A stretch of 64,000 bases of DNA, from positions 3,968,001 to 4,032,000 of the forward strand of contig OZ316776.1 in the NCBI GenBank assembly GCA_973851085.1, read 5' to 3'. A program made the position numbers and the translations under genes. Position 1 is the first letter of the stretch, and every line of letters starts with the position of its first letter. Below, in pieces: positions 24,101 through 40,756 of this stretch. The notes below the pieces were generated by a model, which worked only from the letters and a program-made list of their open reading frames with translations, had not been told where the DNA came from and did not search any database. The stretch is from Ptychomitrium polyphyllum. Taxonomy: Eukaryota.

Positions 24101-27100
24101 TGGTGAATGTTTAGGACTAGTGTGAATGCCCTATGAGTAACAATTATGAGTAACAATTGTAGCGGGAACATGTAATGAATTGTGGATTAGGAAGATAATA
24201 CATCAATTAGTTTTAGTTTTAGGTTACTGGGAGAATGGCTTGTTTAGAGTTTATAAGAAGAAGAAGAAAAAAATATCTTCAATTAAATTAAGACAAATAA
24301 AGGGATAATATTAACTAGAACTTATATTAAGCCTTCAAAAACCTAGTAGGCAAATCATTTTTTTTAATCCATTTAAGTTCTTATATGAATAAGCACCAAA
24401 AGATAACTTAATATTTAGTACATACAACTAAACTACAAAGTCATGGTAAATTGTGTTATATATTATATAAATTCACATATAACTATTATGACTCTCTTCA
24501 ATGAATCTTACACCCACATTGTAATATATTTTTCTAATTCCTATTAATATCATAAGTTTTTTGTATTTGGCTTGTACTGGTATTATAACATTTTTTAACA
24601 AAACAATCGATCACATTACAATATGTTTCTTTTATTACTAATCAATAATTTTTCATAACAAGATTGTATTACTATCATTGATAAAACACCACAGCCGTGT
24701 TTCATAATGTTTCTTTACTGCTTATCAACATTGCATTGTTTTCATGTTGGGCTTGTATTAATACTATGACATTCTTTATTAGATAATACTTCCACATTAT
24801 AAAATGAATAATTTATCATAACAACTTCACAAAATTGATAAGTTAAAAAAACACATTTTTTTAATATAATAACATTCTTCAATGATTATGTAAGATTCAC
24901 TTTGATTTATTGAATCATAACAATCTTAAAATTTTTAATACGTATAATCATAATCATAAGCTTGGACAACATGGTAATATATACATAGGATATTGGCTAG
25001 TTTCAATCTTATCATTCTTTGAAAACAACATTTCTGAGCAAAAAATCATTTTCTATCAAGAAAGTATCATTCTTGAGTTTTTCAATATTATAAAAATTTC
25101 AAGTCTAAAATATGACATTTATTTCATAATATCTACAACATATTATAATTAAAATAATCTTTGAATACAGTCTTTAAAAAAAATTATTATTTGACATTTC
25201 AACAAATAATTTGCTTTATAACAATGTATTGGATTATTTGTGTTTTGAGTTTATTACTTTTGGTTCATAAAATTGTATACAAAATTGCAATATTACATTC
25301 AAATATTTAATTTTGGAATGAATCTCAATGCTACAAAAAAAACACAATAAACCAAAATAATGATTTTTTAATTTATATTTGCATTTTTGACATTATTTAT
25401 TTATTTATCTATAATTCTATTTCAACCTTCCAAGAAAAATTGCAAAATAAAATAAAAATAAAATAAAATATAATATAATATAATATAAGGATATATTTAA
25501 AAAGAAATTGAAGAGAAAAATACATTAATTATTATATGTATGTCAAACATTGAGCTTTACATCTATTCAATACGTGTTCATATAAAAAATCTAAATTTTA
25601 AAGATCTTCACTGGGCTAATTAAGTAATCAAAATCCTTTATTTTGAAACTATGTGTAATTTAAAGTTTGAATTGAAAATTGTATGAATACAAATTATAAT
25701 GTTATTAATTATAGTTATTTCTTGTCATTCCAAAATAAGTTGTAATATGCTAATTATACCAACTTGATAGTAAATAATTCTTAAATATGTTCCATTATAT
25801 ATTATTAATTGTCTAATACGAAAAGCCTTTAAAAAATCTTTATTATAGTGGCACATCATAAATTAAAACGTGATTTTGGAATCCTTTATCTTCTTCAATT
25901 ATCATTTGTACAAATATTTTGTACAAAACAATTTGTCTAAACATCCCATAAATGTACCACAGTTTCTATCATGAAATGAAAAAAATATATAAGAATCAGC
26001 TATATCATTAGAAAGCAAAATTTTATAATATATACATAATTTTTTAAGATTTAATGTTCTTTTTTGTACATACTTATAAAGAATATATTGATAACTCTTA
26101 TTAAAAAGGTTGGAATTCTTTAAATAAACTACTAAGGTAACCATCATATCTTTAGTTTAATGGCATTTAATACAAAATTTTGTACAATTTAAACATTAAA
26201 CATATTGTGTATAAAAATAAACATTAAACATCAAACAATGAAAAGGTACAAATAAAACATAAACAACAAAAATAATATATTCAAATTATGCTAAAATTCA
26301 ATATATTTTTTAGCTTTCTATGTTATAAATAAAATCACTTATTCTTATGAAATGCTTTATATTGCAAATAACATTCATTCAATACAATTATTTTCCTATT
26401 ATGTATAATTACAATACAAATTATGTGGACGCAGAACCACAATGTTGTTGAAGAAAACACTTCATTTACAACAACCCCTGTGAATTTATGCACATTATGC
26501 ATGCCTAGCAATAAAATTTACTTATACATTTTTTTAAAAACAGAACATAAAAGTGAGCTATGGACCTCACTGACTGATTGAGAATGGCAAGGATCTGTCA
26601 TTGAACCCACCTTCTAATATTATGCTAGGTAATATTATGCTAGGTATCAAACCAAGGGAACTTGAAAAGCATCTAAGCTTGCAACAGAAACTCTGCGTTG
26701 GATATGGCTGTAAACCTAGTGGTTTTTACCATGCCCAGCTTGATTGCCCTTGCTTTAAAAGAGCTCGGCTTCTGGCACCTGGGGAACAACACTCTTTGTT
26801 GAATCATGTAACTTGCCTGGGTGTAAAACCCAGTGGGCCTATTAGAGAGTCCTTACCCCAGATCTCAGCTCTTACCGCGATTCACTGAGTAGCCAAAAAT
26901 TGATGACGCTGAGTCTATATTCTCCTTTTTTACCTTCACTTTCAGGAGTAGTGATGACAGGACTAACTATAATGTGCTTCAGAGGAAATCATGTTCAAAA
27001 GAGATGGCCAAATTTTTTCACTTTAATGATATCTCAGTAACTGAAGGAGGTTGGTGGGACTGTAATGCTCATATATATTCAAGTTGCAACTGAGAAGCAT

Positions 27101-30100
27101 TGATTTCAAATGATGACTTCACCAAAACCAGCAAACACCGAAATAGTCTTCTTGTTTGGAATGAAAGGATTGCATGCCCTTAACATGTAGCATGGGTAAA
27201 CATAACAAGGTGCTTGCTTTCTTGTTCCTGTGGTATATAAGCATGTGGGTTTCACAATCACCCAGTCTCCAAGAGTTCTAGCTTACGAGTCTTGATTGTG
27301 TAAATCAGTTGTGTAGATTCCACTTCACAAGGACATCACACCCCTAACCTGGATTCAACAGGCGTTGGGATATCCTTCCATGCAGCTATTACATAATATC
27401 CAGTACAACATAGTAATCCTTGCATAAGACCAGACTCAACGATATCCTGACAGATTGTATCAGGCCTTTGACCCTGACTGGGATCTGCTGCAAGTGATGT
27501 CTTTCATGCCCATGCACAGCAAACGGCATACACATGGACCTATAAGGGCGGTTCATACCAGGCATTCTGATGGGCATTCACACCGTCCACCTGCTTTAGA
27601 AACAGTGTTCATCAGAATCACTGTAAAGTCTTGTGTCATCCAAGTGCAAGTGACTGTAGCATCACTGAGCTCCACCTCAGCCCCAGAGCAGCGCATCCCC
27701 CAGGGGCAGCAAATCTGATGTATGTTGCACTGTCCACGGGAAGCAAACACCATTCCAGCACTGTGAAAATGTTATCTCTGAAAAATATTGTCTTTTAAAA
27801 GTTTTCCTTCTCCGCTGCAAATCCAGATCCAGATTTAGTACTCATTTTTGTATACGCAAGGTGTTGATAAGGATTGTGCGCTTCAAATTCATCAAGGTTT
27901 ATAGAGAAAGAACCTTAGAGAATTTAAAACACTCAAAAAGGGTGCATAATACAGAGTTTTATTAGAACCAAAAAATCCATTTCCAAGTTATTATTTCTGT
28001 ATACTTTATGGGAATGTTCATCAAAAAAATGCTATATTTGTAGAATTTGAAATAGAGTGAGTGTAAAAAAGAAGATGAAAGTGTTTGGAAGGAAGTTGCA
28101 TGTTTAGACAAGCATCAGAGAGTCCAAGAAGGTGCAAGTGTGTGGAAACATCAATTAGTAGGAAGATGTATTCCTAGAAGAGCTAAAAATAAAGTAAGGC
28201 AAAATAAAGACCTATAAATATCATGGATGAATAAAGACCCACTACATCCATGAATTGGGTCAAATCAAAATGCCTAAAATTTTGCAACAATTATTACACT
28301 CTTATCCTACATGGATACATTGTTTGTATAAGATTTTGCTGCATGCTTGGCAGCAAGTCCAACTTCTCTTTTCCACACAGATTTTTGTAGTTATCAATTG
28401 CACTGCAGATTCAGATTTAGGTCAGATTCACTGGTGATCTTGTGATCTTTGGAAAGACATTCACGAACAATATCAAATGATCCATTCTCATTTTATAAGA
28501 ATTTGGTCACTTAAGGATTAAGGCCAACATTCAAACATGTAAACTTCAAAATTGCACAACATACTTAAGTACATTACCTTTGGACCTTTGACCATAAGAA
28601 ATTCCTGAAACTATGTTAATTTGGCGAGTCTCATTGGTAAGTCAAACATATGCTCATTCAATGATTCCTTTTGCATATTTGTGGATATGAATATTTAGCC
28701 ACTAGCAATGATCTCCAGCGACCTTTACCTGCCTTGGCAACAGCATGACCATAATACTTGTTTTTTATTTATTTAACTCGACCAGCATAACGTACGGTCA
28801 ATTGTTGTCTTGCCCACAGCAGATGTATTAAAGAGTATCCTAGAAATTACCCTCAATCTTGTGCCTGGCACAGCTGAACTTCCTTGAGGAGGAGTACTAC
28901 AGAACACAGTGGTTTAATATAGATCAGACATGCTCATGATAGAATGGCTCATTCGTGGTAGACTTGCTGCCCAGTTAAATCATCTTTGTGGTTAGATTGT
29001 CCAAAACAATTTTGGTGCTAAGGAAACCAGGGAACTGTACACTGCGTAAATACAAGCCATCTTCTGTGCAACACATACCAAGTAGAAGAAACTTTCATTT
29101 GTATCTTGCAAATTTTTAAATAAAATAAAATAATGTTCAAAACAAAAATAAAGATCTAACAACGGGATGACAGAGTCATGCGGCTAAACAATGTTATGGA
29201 CGTGAAGGGTACGTAAACAGATGTCCTTCCACAAAGCTCATGGTCTATAAACTTATGATACTAAAGCAAACTTGAATTACTGGTTAAACTTGAAAGTTGC
29301 AAATAACAAATTTAGGAAAAGTGAAAACAGAAATAGATTAATACAGTTAAAATGAAATTCTGTGTTTCTTCCCTTTATTACTACTGTTTACAATCTATTG
29401 GACCCATCTGCGAGCTCAAGCTTTTGCAAGCAACTAGCCCAAGATGGCGGCAAGCTAATTACAGGGCACCCATAACAATCTTAGGGCCGCTTTAGACTTA
29501 GGGAGGCAGGAAATGAAATTTTTTATAACCTTAGACTAGACATACATATTTTAGGTCGAAGATGGTCCGTAAGAAGAGATGGGAGGACATTAACATAAGT
29601 AAGATGGAATAAATCTTCTTTGTAGATAAGTTTTTCAATCACTATTTCGAAAATATTCCTAAAAATCATTGACATAAAAATATTTTCTTATAATAGTTAT
29701 TGTCATGTAGGCAGCCAACTCATTTTTTCATTCATTTTCAAATTGCTTCTCTAGTGGGCAATAGAACAAGGTGTAAAGCATTATGTGAGAGCCTCAAAAT
29801 ATTCATTAATCATTTTATTGAAATTGTCGAAATGTGGCTAAAAATACTCATTAATCATATTATTGAAATTATTTAAATGTGGCCAAAATCTCACTATTTG
29901 TTGGCAATGGAAGAAGGTATATAGCAACCTTTAGCCTTGTGGTAAAGCTCTCATATTAAGAATATTCTTTGAAATGAAAAAAACAAACTAACAACTAATA
30001 ATCATTAATTCCTTATGTAATATTTTTAATCAATAAAAGGACAATTACAAAAAAAAGATGATTTAACAAAAAACATGATAGATCTTTTCTTTAACGTAGA

Positions 30101-32500
30101 TAAGTATTACACCTATTGTATGAATTTTTAAAGTTCCATGCCATTTCCAAATATACTTATTTTCCAATTGCTAATACAAAAATTATTTTAAGCTTTTGTT
30201 CAATAATATTATGTTGAAGTTAAAAGGTTAAGTAATTTTCAAAGATATGTTATAAAAGGTAAAATAATTACATATGATCTTGCATTACAAAACAAAGTTG
30301 TAGATCATATTAATATAGTTTGATTCAAAAAGACGTATTTAATAAATCTTTGAATTGATGTTTTGAGGTATTTCTTTGATAATCAAAATACATCAAAACT
30401 TAACATTTATGGAACAATTCTTTATGAAGTGGATTGGAGAGTACAAAGCCCAAGAAGGTAAATATCATTTAACAATATTTTACTTAATTTGAAAGTTGTT
30501 GTCAAAACCTTCCTTTTGAAACACTGGAAGCAACTTGACATAAATTTATAACATCATTTTTACTGAGTTGAGATTGGATTAATTTGAAAATCTATATTGT
30601 TTAAATTGTAGCCAATCAATACACAGATTAAGCAGACCGTAGATAAATGAAAAATGATACTAAATATGAGTGAGAGAAACTTTTGAATATATTCATGATC
30701 CAAAGTCTTGATAACTTTCAAGGGTCAATACCAACACATGCCTCATGCACACTTCTTACATAATAGAATAACCCCTCTAACAGCTGCTGCAATAGCTCTC
30801 AAAATATTCTTAGGGAACACTTGTGCTGTCCAAATCAATTGTAGGAAATATTTGTGGGCTAAGAATGTTATGCCTGGGCAATGCCTACTCACCTCCAATA
30901 AGAGCCAACTTGGAGAATCTGCACAGTCTCGACCTGGGAGAGGGCCAGCGCTGCAGCTGGCCGTGGCAGTGAGATGATGTACTAAGTAAAGCAGAGACGG
31001 TTTTCTGTGGCTACTGTTGGGATCGATGGTTGACTTCACCAGACGTGTTGAAGTGAAGAGTTTACTCCTGTCCTGGTCATGGGCGAACCACCTCTGGTCT
31101 CCAGATCTCAGATCCGGATTGTGGTTACTGTGTTGGAAGTACTGATTGCCAGACTGTTTGATTCCGGGACATTATCATTTTTCGGCGGCACGTAATTCTG
31201 GTCTTTCCTGGTCATAGGAAAGCGTTCTCTAATTATGTGAGTCTTAGCTGATTTGAAGACTACGTAGTTCATGGATGGGAGGTTGGAATGACAGGACTGT
31301 ACTTTGACGATGACGTCGGCTCAGTTGGAGTGTTTGACGGTGAAGACGATATTTTGAAAGTGGCGGAATCTGACTTGCCTTGTGGCCTGGGATTGCTGAG
31401 ACATTCAATAGGACGAGGTACGAGGTACTTTATTGTTCCGGAACCAGGCTTTTCTGAAGGAGAACCTCTTGCCCCTTTTTGAAGCCAGAGTTTGGTCTTT
31501 CTTACTGTTCCACTTCTGAAGAGTGTACACAACAAGCAGCCTCAATGGAATTGAAGGGAGTGTTGTATTTGACATGTCACCAGATTAGTACACTCTAGAC
31601 GGTTTAGGGTTTGGGAAACATGCATTTGCAGTAGTAATTGGAAAATTTGGATAGACGGTAAACTCGTTGTTTACTTCTTAAACCTTAAATGGGTTCCACT
31701 CACAGAAAACAAACTTGCTTGTGCAATGATGAGCTGTGTATGGGTATTCAATAATTTTAAAGTCTGCATTCTTAACACCATGATCTTATTACGCCATATG
31801 TCAGAATAATATACTATGACTACCCAAGAATGGTATCAGTTTCGTACGAGAGTTTCTATGTTACGACTATGCCTAGAAGGGAATAAACATCTTTCTGCCC
31901 AGCTGCTCTAACGTATGAAAGAAAGCTAAATTTAGCAGTCATGCGAAATCTAGTTCATCGTCCAAGGATAGACCTGCACTCAAGTGACGGTAACGTATAC
32001 CGGTATGGCCGCTGTGAGCATCCATAGTAAACCATCATGGATGGCCAAACGTTATTTTTTTAAGAACCAAATTATAGGGAGCCTGATTTCACCCAAAACA
32101 GCACAAAATGAGCACCAGATAAAAGGATATACCAAGTCCTTCCATAAAATATATGCCAGCCCCGGCACAGGCATGAAAGCTGCAATAGCAAGGCAGGGGT
32201 GCACCTATGATCTCCACGAACTTAAGCAAAAGATGCTACACAAGTGCACCAAACAGTCTAACACTTATCTAACTACTTAAACTCTGAGCAAACATTTAGG
32301 ACCCTACGAATACGTTGCAACATAGACTATAGCTCAATGACAGAAAACCTCCAAGATTCATCACTAGAACCCTCAGGGCAGTGTGCGAATCGCCAACCTT
32401 TATCCCACCTAGTTGAAGCACAAATGCAGAAACAATCTTCATATCCACATTATGCCAAACCCCGCAATCCTCGCACCTCTGCTGTTGCAACTCCTTGGCT

Positions 32501-34881
<2,381 letters not shown>

Positions 34882-37830
34882 CAGGTGCACAGCACGACCT
34901 CGAACCCTAGCGGCGTTAGACTAAGCCTCCACCACCACCACGGCTGCTCAATCCTGGTCGCGAGAGCAAGCACACACGAACTCTCGATCCGAAACCTCAC
35001 AAGCACTAGGCGGTGGTTGAAACCCTAAGTGAGTGAGAGCGAGTCTCCAACGACTGAATTCTACGTGGCTGATGAAAAGTAGGCAGAAAGAAACGGCACG
35101 TGTGGTCACAACGCTGTGCGCGGCCCTCCGCAGCAGAGACAGCGGACGGGGGATGCACCAGAGCTGGGGAGCAGCGAGCGCAGCGATAGCGCAGTGAGTG
35201 TAAATGGGACAACGCAGCGGAGCTGCCAAAGGAGCGACGCCGAGAACAACTTGGCTCTTCGAGCGAGACGACGACGGACCACGGACCACGACGACGGACG
35301 GAAAACGAAGGCCCATGAACTTGAAGGAGTGAGCAGAAGGGGCGTTTACACTACGCTGTTGCTGCACTCAAAACCGTCGACCCCATCGTTCGGGAGCTTG
35401 CATTCTACGTCACAGTATCTACATAGTTCGTAGATTAGACGCTCATGGTGACCATTTGGACTTTATCGACGTAAGATGGAGGTTATTGCCGCGGAATGTG
35501 AACTTCCTGTAACTAATGTCGGTTTAGGGTGGTAAAGACGGGTTTGGGTACATGTCTGGAAGAGTCCAACAAGGCGGCAGGAAGGTCTTTAAGGTGTCCC
35601 ATTTCAAAGGCTTCACGAGAGTCACAGCGAGATGTACTTCTATTCAATGATGCATTACTTTTTTTAGTAGGGGAGGAGCCCCCCATTCTCTGCCATGTAA
35701 AAAGCAGTGGGTTACTTTAAATTTATATGAGGTTGGTTGATATGTTAGAAGTGGAATGTTGTTGTGGTGTAGATGGTGATTTGGGGTGGGGTGCAAATGA
35801 ATTACAGTGGTGTTGTTTTACCAAAAAATAAAAATAGAAGAGCATCACAAGAGCTTGAGTTGAGTTTTTAAATGGAGTGCTTGTTTAGAAGGGTCAACAC
35901 TACCATTCCATCTTTGGAACCTTTTCTATTAAGGATTGAAGAATTTGGTGTTAAAGTAATGTCTTTGTTCAATCACTCCTATATGCCTTTAATGTTATTT
36001 TATAGTTGGCTGTTCACTTTTGAAGGTGAATATGAACTTATTTTACTTGTAAACGGATATTGTCTTTGTTCTTTTTAGCTCATTTCTTCATGAAATCTTG
36101 CCCATCTTTTTTCTTACTTTATGTGACGTAGAACAATTTTGAATTGATAACTTAAGTTCTTTTTATAGATGTGCACTAGTAGTTTAAGCAAAGTGATATA
36201 TGATAGAAAAATAGAAATTGTGCAAAATTCAAAAGAAATTAATACTTTATTGAGAATATTGAAAACATTACAAATGTTTTTAATTAGGAATTATTTGTAT
36301 TTTGTAACCAACAAATAAATTGATTCTATACTAATATATTGATTATTGAAAATTTTATGCTTAATGCTTTTTGAAGTAGTCCAAACTAAATGAAATGCAA
36401 GATTATATTGTTCCATAATAATTTGAACCAATTTACAAACTTCACCTTATAAATAGCCATTATATTCATAGCCAATATATACATAATTCATAACTTAAAA
36501 TAGATAAAAATATCAATCTAAAATTCAATCAATTTTTTTCTTTTAGAACCAAAACTAAAACCTTTAAAAAGTATATAATTTCATGATGTCAATCCTTTGG
36601 TTTTTCTCTTATATAAAAGAATGTTACATGCAAGAGCCTATGAAAATGCTTTCCATGCAAGATCCAAAAATTCATGCACAACAAATCAATTTTAAAAATA
36701 TCTAAATTAATAAATCACATAAAATAAAATTTGGTATTGAAATAAAATAAAGTCAATTAGTTTTGGATTTAACATTGTTTTAAATGTAAAAATGCATATA
36801 CAATGGAGCCATCTATTTCACCCCTTTTTAGTTTTGCCTCATCTATTTAGATAATAAGCAAAGCACCATAGATTCAAAATATGATGAATAATAAACAATG
36901 GACTTCAAATGGATATTCCATAAAACATTAGTTAATTGGTGGAAAGTCAAATCCATGGATCATCCAATAAAGAACATCACCAAAACCACATGTATTATTG
37001 CTTCAATTTGAAATTCTTAACAAACTATTTAAAACAACAATGTTAACAAACTATTGATTCTTTATATTTCCCTTCATTTTGCTTTCTTTTACCTTAATAC
37101 TTTTACATTCTGGCAAAAAGAACCAACACTTACTCTATGGACGAATTTAACGTTTTTACAGGTTGTGTGCTTTGAATCCAGGAAAGATTTAGAGCGTTTA
37201 GCACTGGTTAGACAGCAATGGTTGGAGGCTGGTAAGTAGCGAGAGGGGGAGGAGGCCGCTACGGACTCCTATAAGGGGGAGGCTCGCAGACAGGGCTCAA
37301 GGAAGCAGTAGGTTCTTACAGTAGGAAACAGTAGGGAATGGGGGACGGTGCCTTTGTGATGTCTTCAATGATCAGAGTAAAATTACAGATATCGATCTAT
37401 TTCTGTCCAGATGGATGTTTTCATCAGTTTTTTCTAAATTCGTTACTGGGTGTGCACCATGGACTCGTTCTTAGCTGCAATGCTTTTGCAGTACAGAGCT
37501 GATCTTCCGTAGTACACAGTTACTCTTTGTGCGTATACAATTCTTTTAACATATTTGCTCAGGAAAAAGGAAAAAAAAATTAAAAAATTACACAGTTAAT
37601 ATCTATGTAAATACCACGTACCAACTCACAAGCCTCCCTCAAAGAGGTCATAGCAATCACCTCTCCTTGCATAAAAAACCACATGCTCCATAACACACAA
37701 GCCGCTGATTGAAGGGGGATGAATCAAGAGGACAGCACGATGGCATTAATCTTTTCACCACCATACAGATGAGTATTCATGCGTGCAGTCCTACTAATTT
37801 ATGCATCTCTTTGAATAGAAATGAGTCGTC

Positions 37831-40756
37831 CTATAATTTGGGGACTAACGAATTAGAAGATTTCTCTGTATAGGAGGAATCAGAACCTGCAGAGCTATGC
37901 ACTTGGTCTGAAGAGCTACTATTGAGTAGCTCAGCTTCTTTCCGGCGTTCCTTCCGCCTGCGTCTCTTCAGCGCTCGCCGACTTACCCAGCCAGGGGCCC
38001 GAGGAAGTGGAGGGGGAGGATCTCGATAGTTGTGCCACCGCTGGTATGTCTCATCCGGTTTCAATATAGGCCTCAGCCTTGGCGCCTCCATACATTGATT
38101 GCAACAGCAGCCCCGAAACTGGGTTACACATGCAGCACATGACCTGCACAAACAAACAGAACGAACCAATCAATCCAGCTGGTGGCTGCTACAGTATGCA
38201 GAAGTATGTCCAAATAGTTAAACTACAAAATTAGAACGAGATCCAAAACTACGGGCATTGCAAGTTCCTGTTCCTTCTTAGCAAGTATCTCCTTAACATT
38301 AAAGGTGGATGGCACGTCCAATACTCCATAATCCATTTCAACAAAAACATTTAACATGAGTTGTTGGAAACTAACATTGCGAGTGCCACGAATTGGAGAA
38401 GTTCGCATGGCTACCCTGGGACAGAGGTTGAAATTCAACTTACAGGTATAGATTGTTGCAGTCTAGATTGGCACAGTTTCGGTGCACAGGCTCAACAACA
38501 CTCCCACATGTGAGACATCTTGCAACAGTCGTGCTCGAGGAGCTGCTATCTGCGTCTTCCGGTTCACCGTGGTAAAAAGCAGGTGGGACGCCTAGCCGTG
38601 AATCAAACACAAACAGCCGTCCATTCCATTGAGAAGAACCTTCTTCCTTGAGATACTTCGCTACACCGCCCCTTAGGCTGTAGAGGTTTTTAAATCCTTT
38701 CTTTCTGTCACGCGCAAGTCCATGCATAAATGCTAGAGATCCTCCAAATCAAAACAACAAGGCAGGAAGAGACCATTGACCTGCCACTTCTGTCAATAAT
38801 GGATTTAAGGATATTGTTTACTGTAAGAATCTTGGTATATACCTGAGAATAGTGGAGTACACATCACATCGAATACCACCTGTGCAGTACATCATGATAT
38901 CGGTGTTCTCCTTGTCCACTCCTGATAAGGGATCATTCTCCACTTCCTGCGATCCCCTTCAAGACAGTTGATTAGGCGAAACGTTTTCCTAAACACGAAC
39001 ATCAACTGCATTTCTTATTGTCTCATGTTAAATGCTTGCACCATGAGAGTTGTTCCTAAATGTTGGTGACTAGAAGGGTAAGGAACACTGCACCTTTTCG
39101 TCTGATAAACCAAACTCTGTAGATTTGAAGCATTCCACTTCTGGTCGCTGTGCTCCCTGGAAGTGGCCCACGTCCCATTCATACTCTGCACCATTATACA
39201 ATGTACAGAATTAGAAGAAATCTTCCTTTAATGGAACTCGTGCCAAGTCTGAGTACTTGAATGTCAACGATGTCCTTGTATAAACAGGAAGTTGTCAGAG
39301 ATATGATGCTACTTACACTGTTATCAACTTGGAGTGCAACACATCAGTATCGTGAGTCTAAATAAACAGCATAACAGAGGACAGGTTCAACAAGGAACAT
39401 ACTATTTCGTACATCCAGAAGTAGGACTTTCTTCACAGTTTTCAGATCATCACTTTCTCCAGTGCCACTTCTGTTTTGTTCTCCTTCATTACTCTTCTCA
39501 AGTTTCTCTCGCCATTGCTTTGAAGTAAGAGGCGCAGCTCTTGCGAACGGCTCTGTTAGGGGAAGATTATCACTCTCACACACCTGCAGCAAACACAAAC
39601 ACAAGAGTTTCTTTGTCTCTTTAATTAAACCCGTTTCGACTTAAAGAAGCACTTTGGTTTCATCAAAACAGAATATATTTTCCATAAATGTAAAGTCAAT
39701 TGTCAGTCCAATTGTATAGTCTAATAGTAAACTTCGCTCACCTGGACCAACGATGGTTTGTATCGAAGCTTTAGTCTAGGAAAAGCATGGCCATTCGGAG
39801 ATGGAGAGACTTGAATATATGTCGGTGAAAACCTTTCGTCCTCTTTCACCCAATTGGCATAAGCCATGGCATCTTCTCTAGGTCCACTGAACTGCATACA
39901 AGCCATGTCCCGAAGTGTCAACCTCCATTCACAGAAATGATAGATTGCAAGTCATCATCGCATGGTCATCATCCAAATAACACCAAGTGAACCATTTTGT
40001 TGTTGCAATATCAACAAATCTTGCATCCAACTCAAGTAGGAAAATACTCAAACCTGAAACTTACAGTGATAAATTCTCATCTAAAAAGAACTTCACTCAT
40101 TCACAAGACAGGCGACTGAACCTGCGCGTTGATGCCTTGATGATTGATGTATATCCGCCCTCGAATGTTGCGACCCTGCAGCCTATCCCATCTTCTGTTA
40201 CCATTTTCCACAAAACAACAAAAAAGACATTGTGACACACGAACTGCTACCAACATTTCAAGGCAAATTAATAAGAAAACCAAACTCGTCACCAAATTGT
40301 CACCTCCATGAACGCAGAATGTCGGGCAACCTCGTGGTGAGCATCCTCAATATCCACAAAATGATAGAAATTCACCACTATGTAATCATCCCCCGCTTCG
40401 TACACTCTCCCATCATACTCTCCATCTTCATCGTCGCTTTCCACATCAAAATCCTCACAGCTACCAAGCTCCTCATAAACACATGCACACCGGTGAAAAC
40501 ACTTGCTCCGCGACGTGAACCTTCTAAACCCGGGAAGACCACTTCCTCTCTGTTCAGACGACCTAACAAGAGGCTCAACAACCATAGCTCTTGCACCTGC
40601 GCTACCATTTCCAACACCCACAAACTTTGGCTTCTCCACAACGCGCTGGAAGTGCAGAGGAAAGGCACATATGCACCGGAACTGCCCATCACAGTGCCTA
40701 ACCTTCAACACCGACCACCGTAAAAAAGCAGTCGCCTGCAACAAGTGCGTACCCAT
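37831..40756 (-). CDS. STR8: Rhodanese-like domain protein, STR8/UPF0176 (TrhO/YceA-like), probably plastid-targeted, ~535 aa; exons 40756-40304, 40175-40122, 39891-39742, 39583-39403, 39185-39094, 38946-38843, 38704-38444, 38143-37831
   Basis: Eight exons join in frame (1608 nt). Motifs: VVNFYHFVDIED..GRIYINHQGINAQFSG, FPRLKLRYK, LLDVRNKYEWDVGHFQGA, MYCTGGIRC, NLYSLRGGVAKYL, WNGRLFVFDSR, and a Cys-rich C-terminus (HRNCANLDCN..CAAC..GCCC). The N-terminus is transit-peptide-like. Confidence 0.9.

Noticed and set aside
24236..25948. Possible Harbinger/Tourist TIR pair (GGCTTGTTTAGA ... TCTAAACATCCC)
   Set aside because: 10/12 match only, with no matching TAA/TTA TSD.
26900..27200. Several C-box-like (RTGATGA) and CTGA motifs suggesting a C/D snoRNA cluster
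   Set aside because: I could not identify rRNA-complementary guides or clean terminal stems. Such short motifs occur by chance. A snoscan/Rfam run would be needed.
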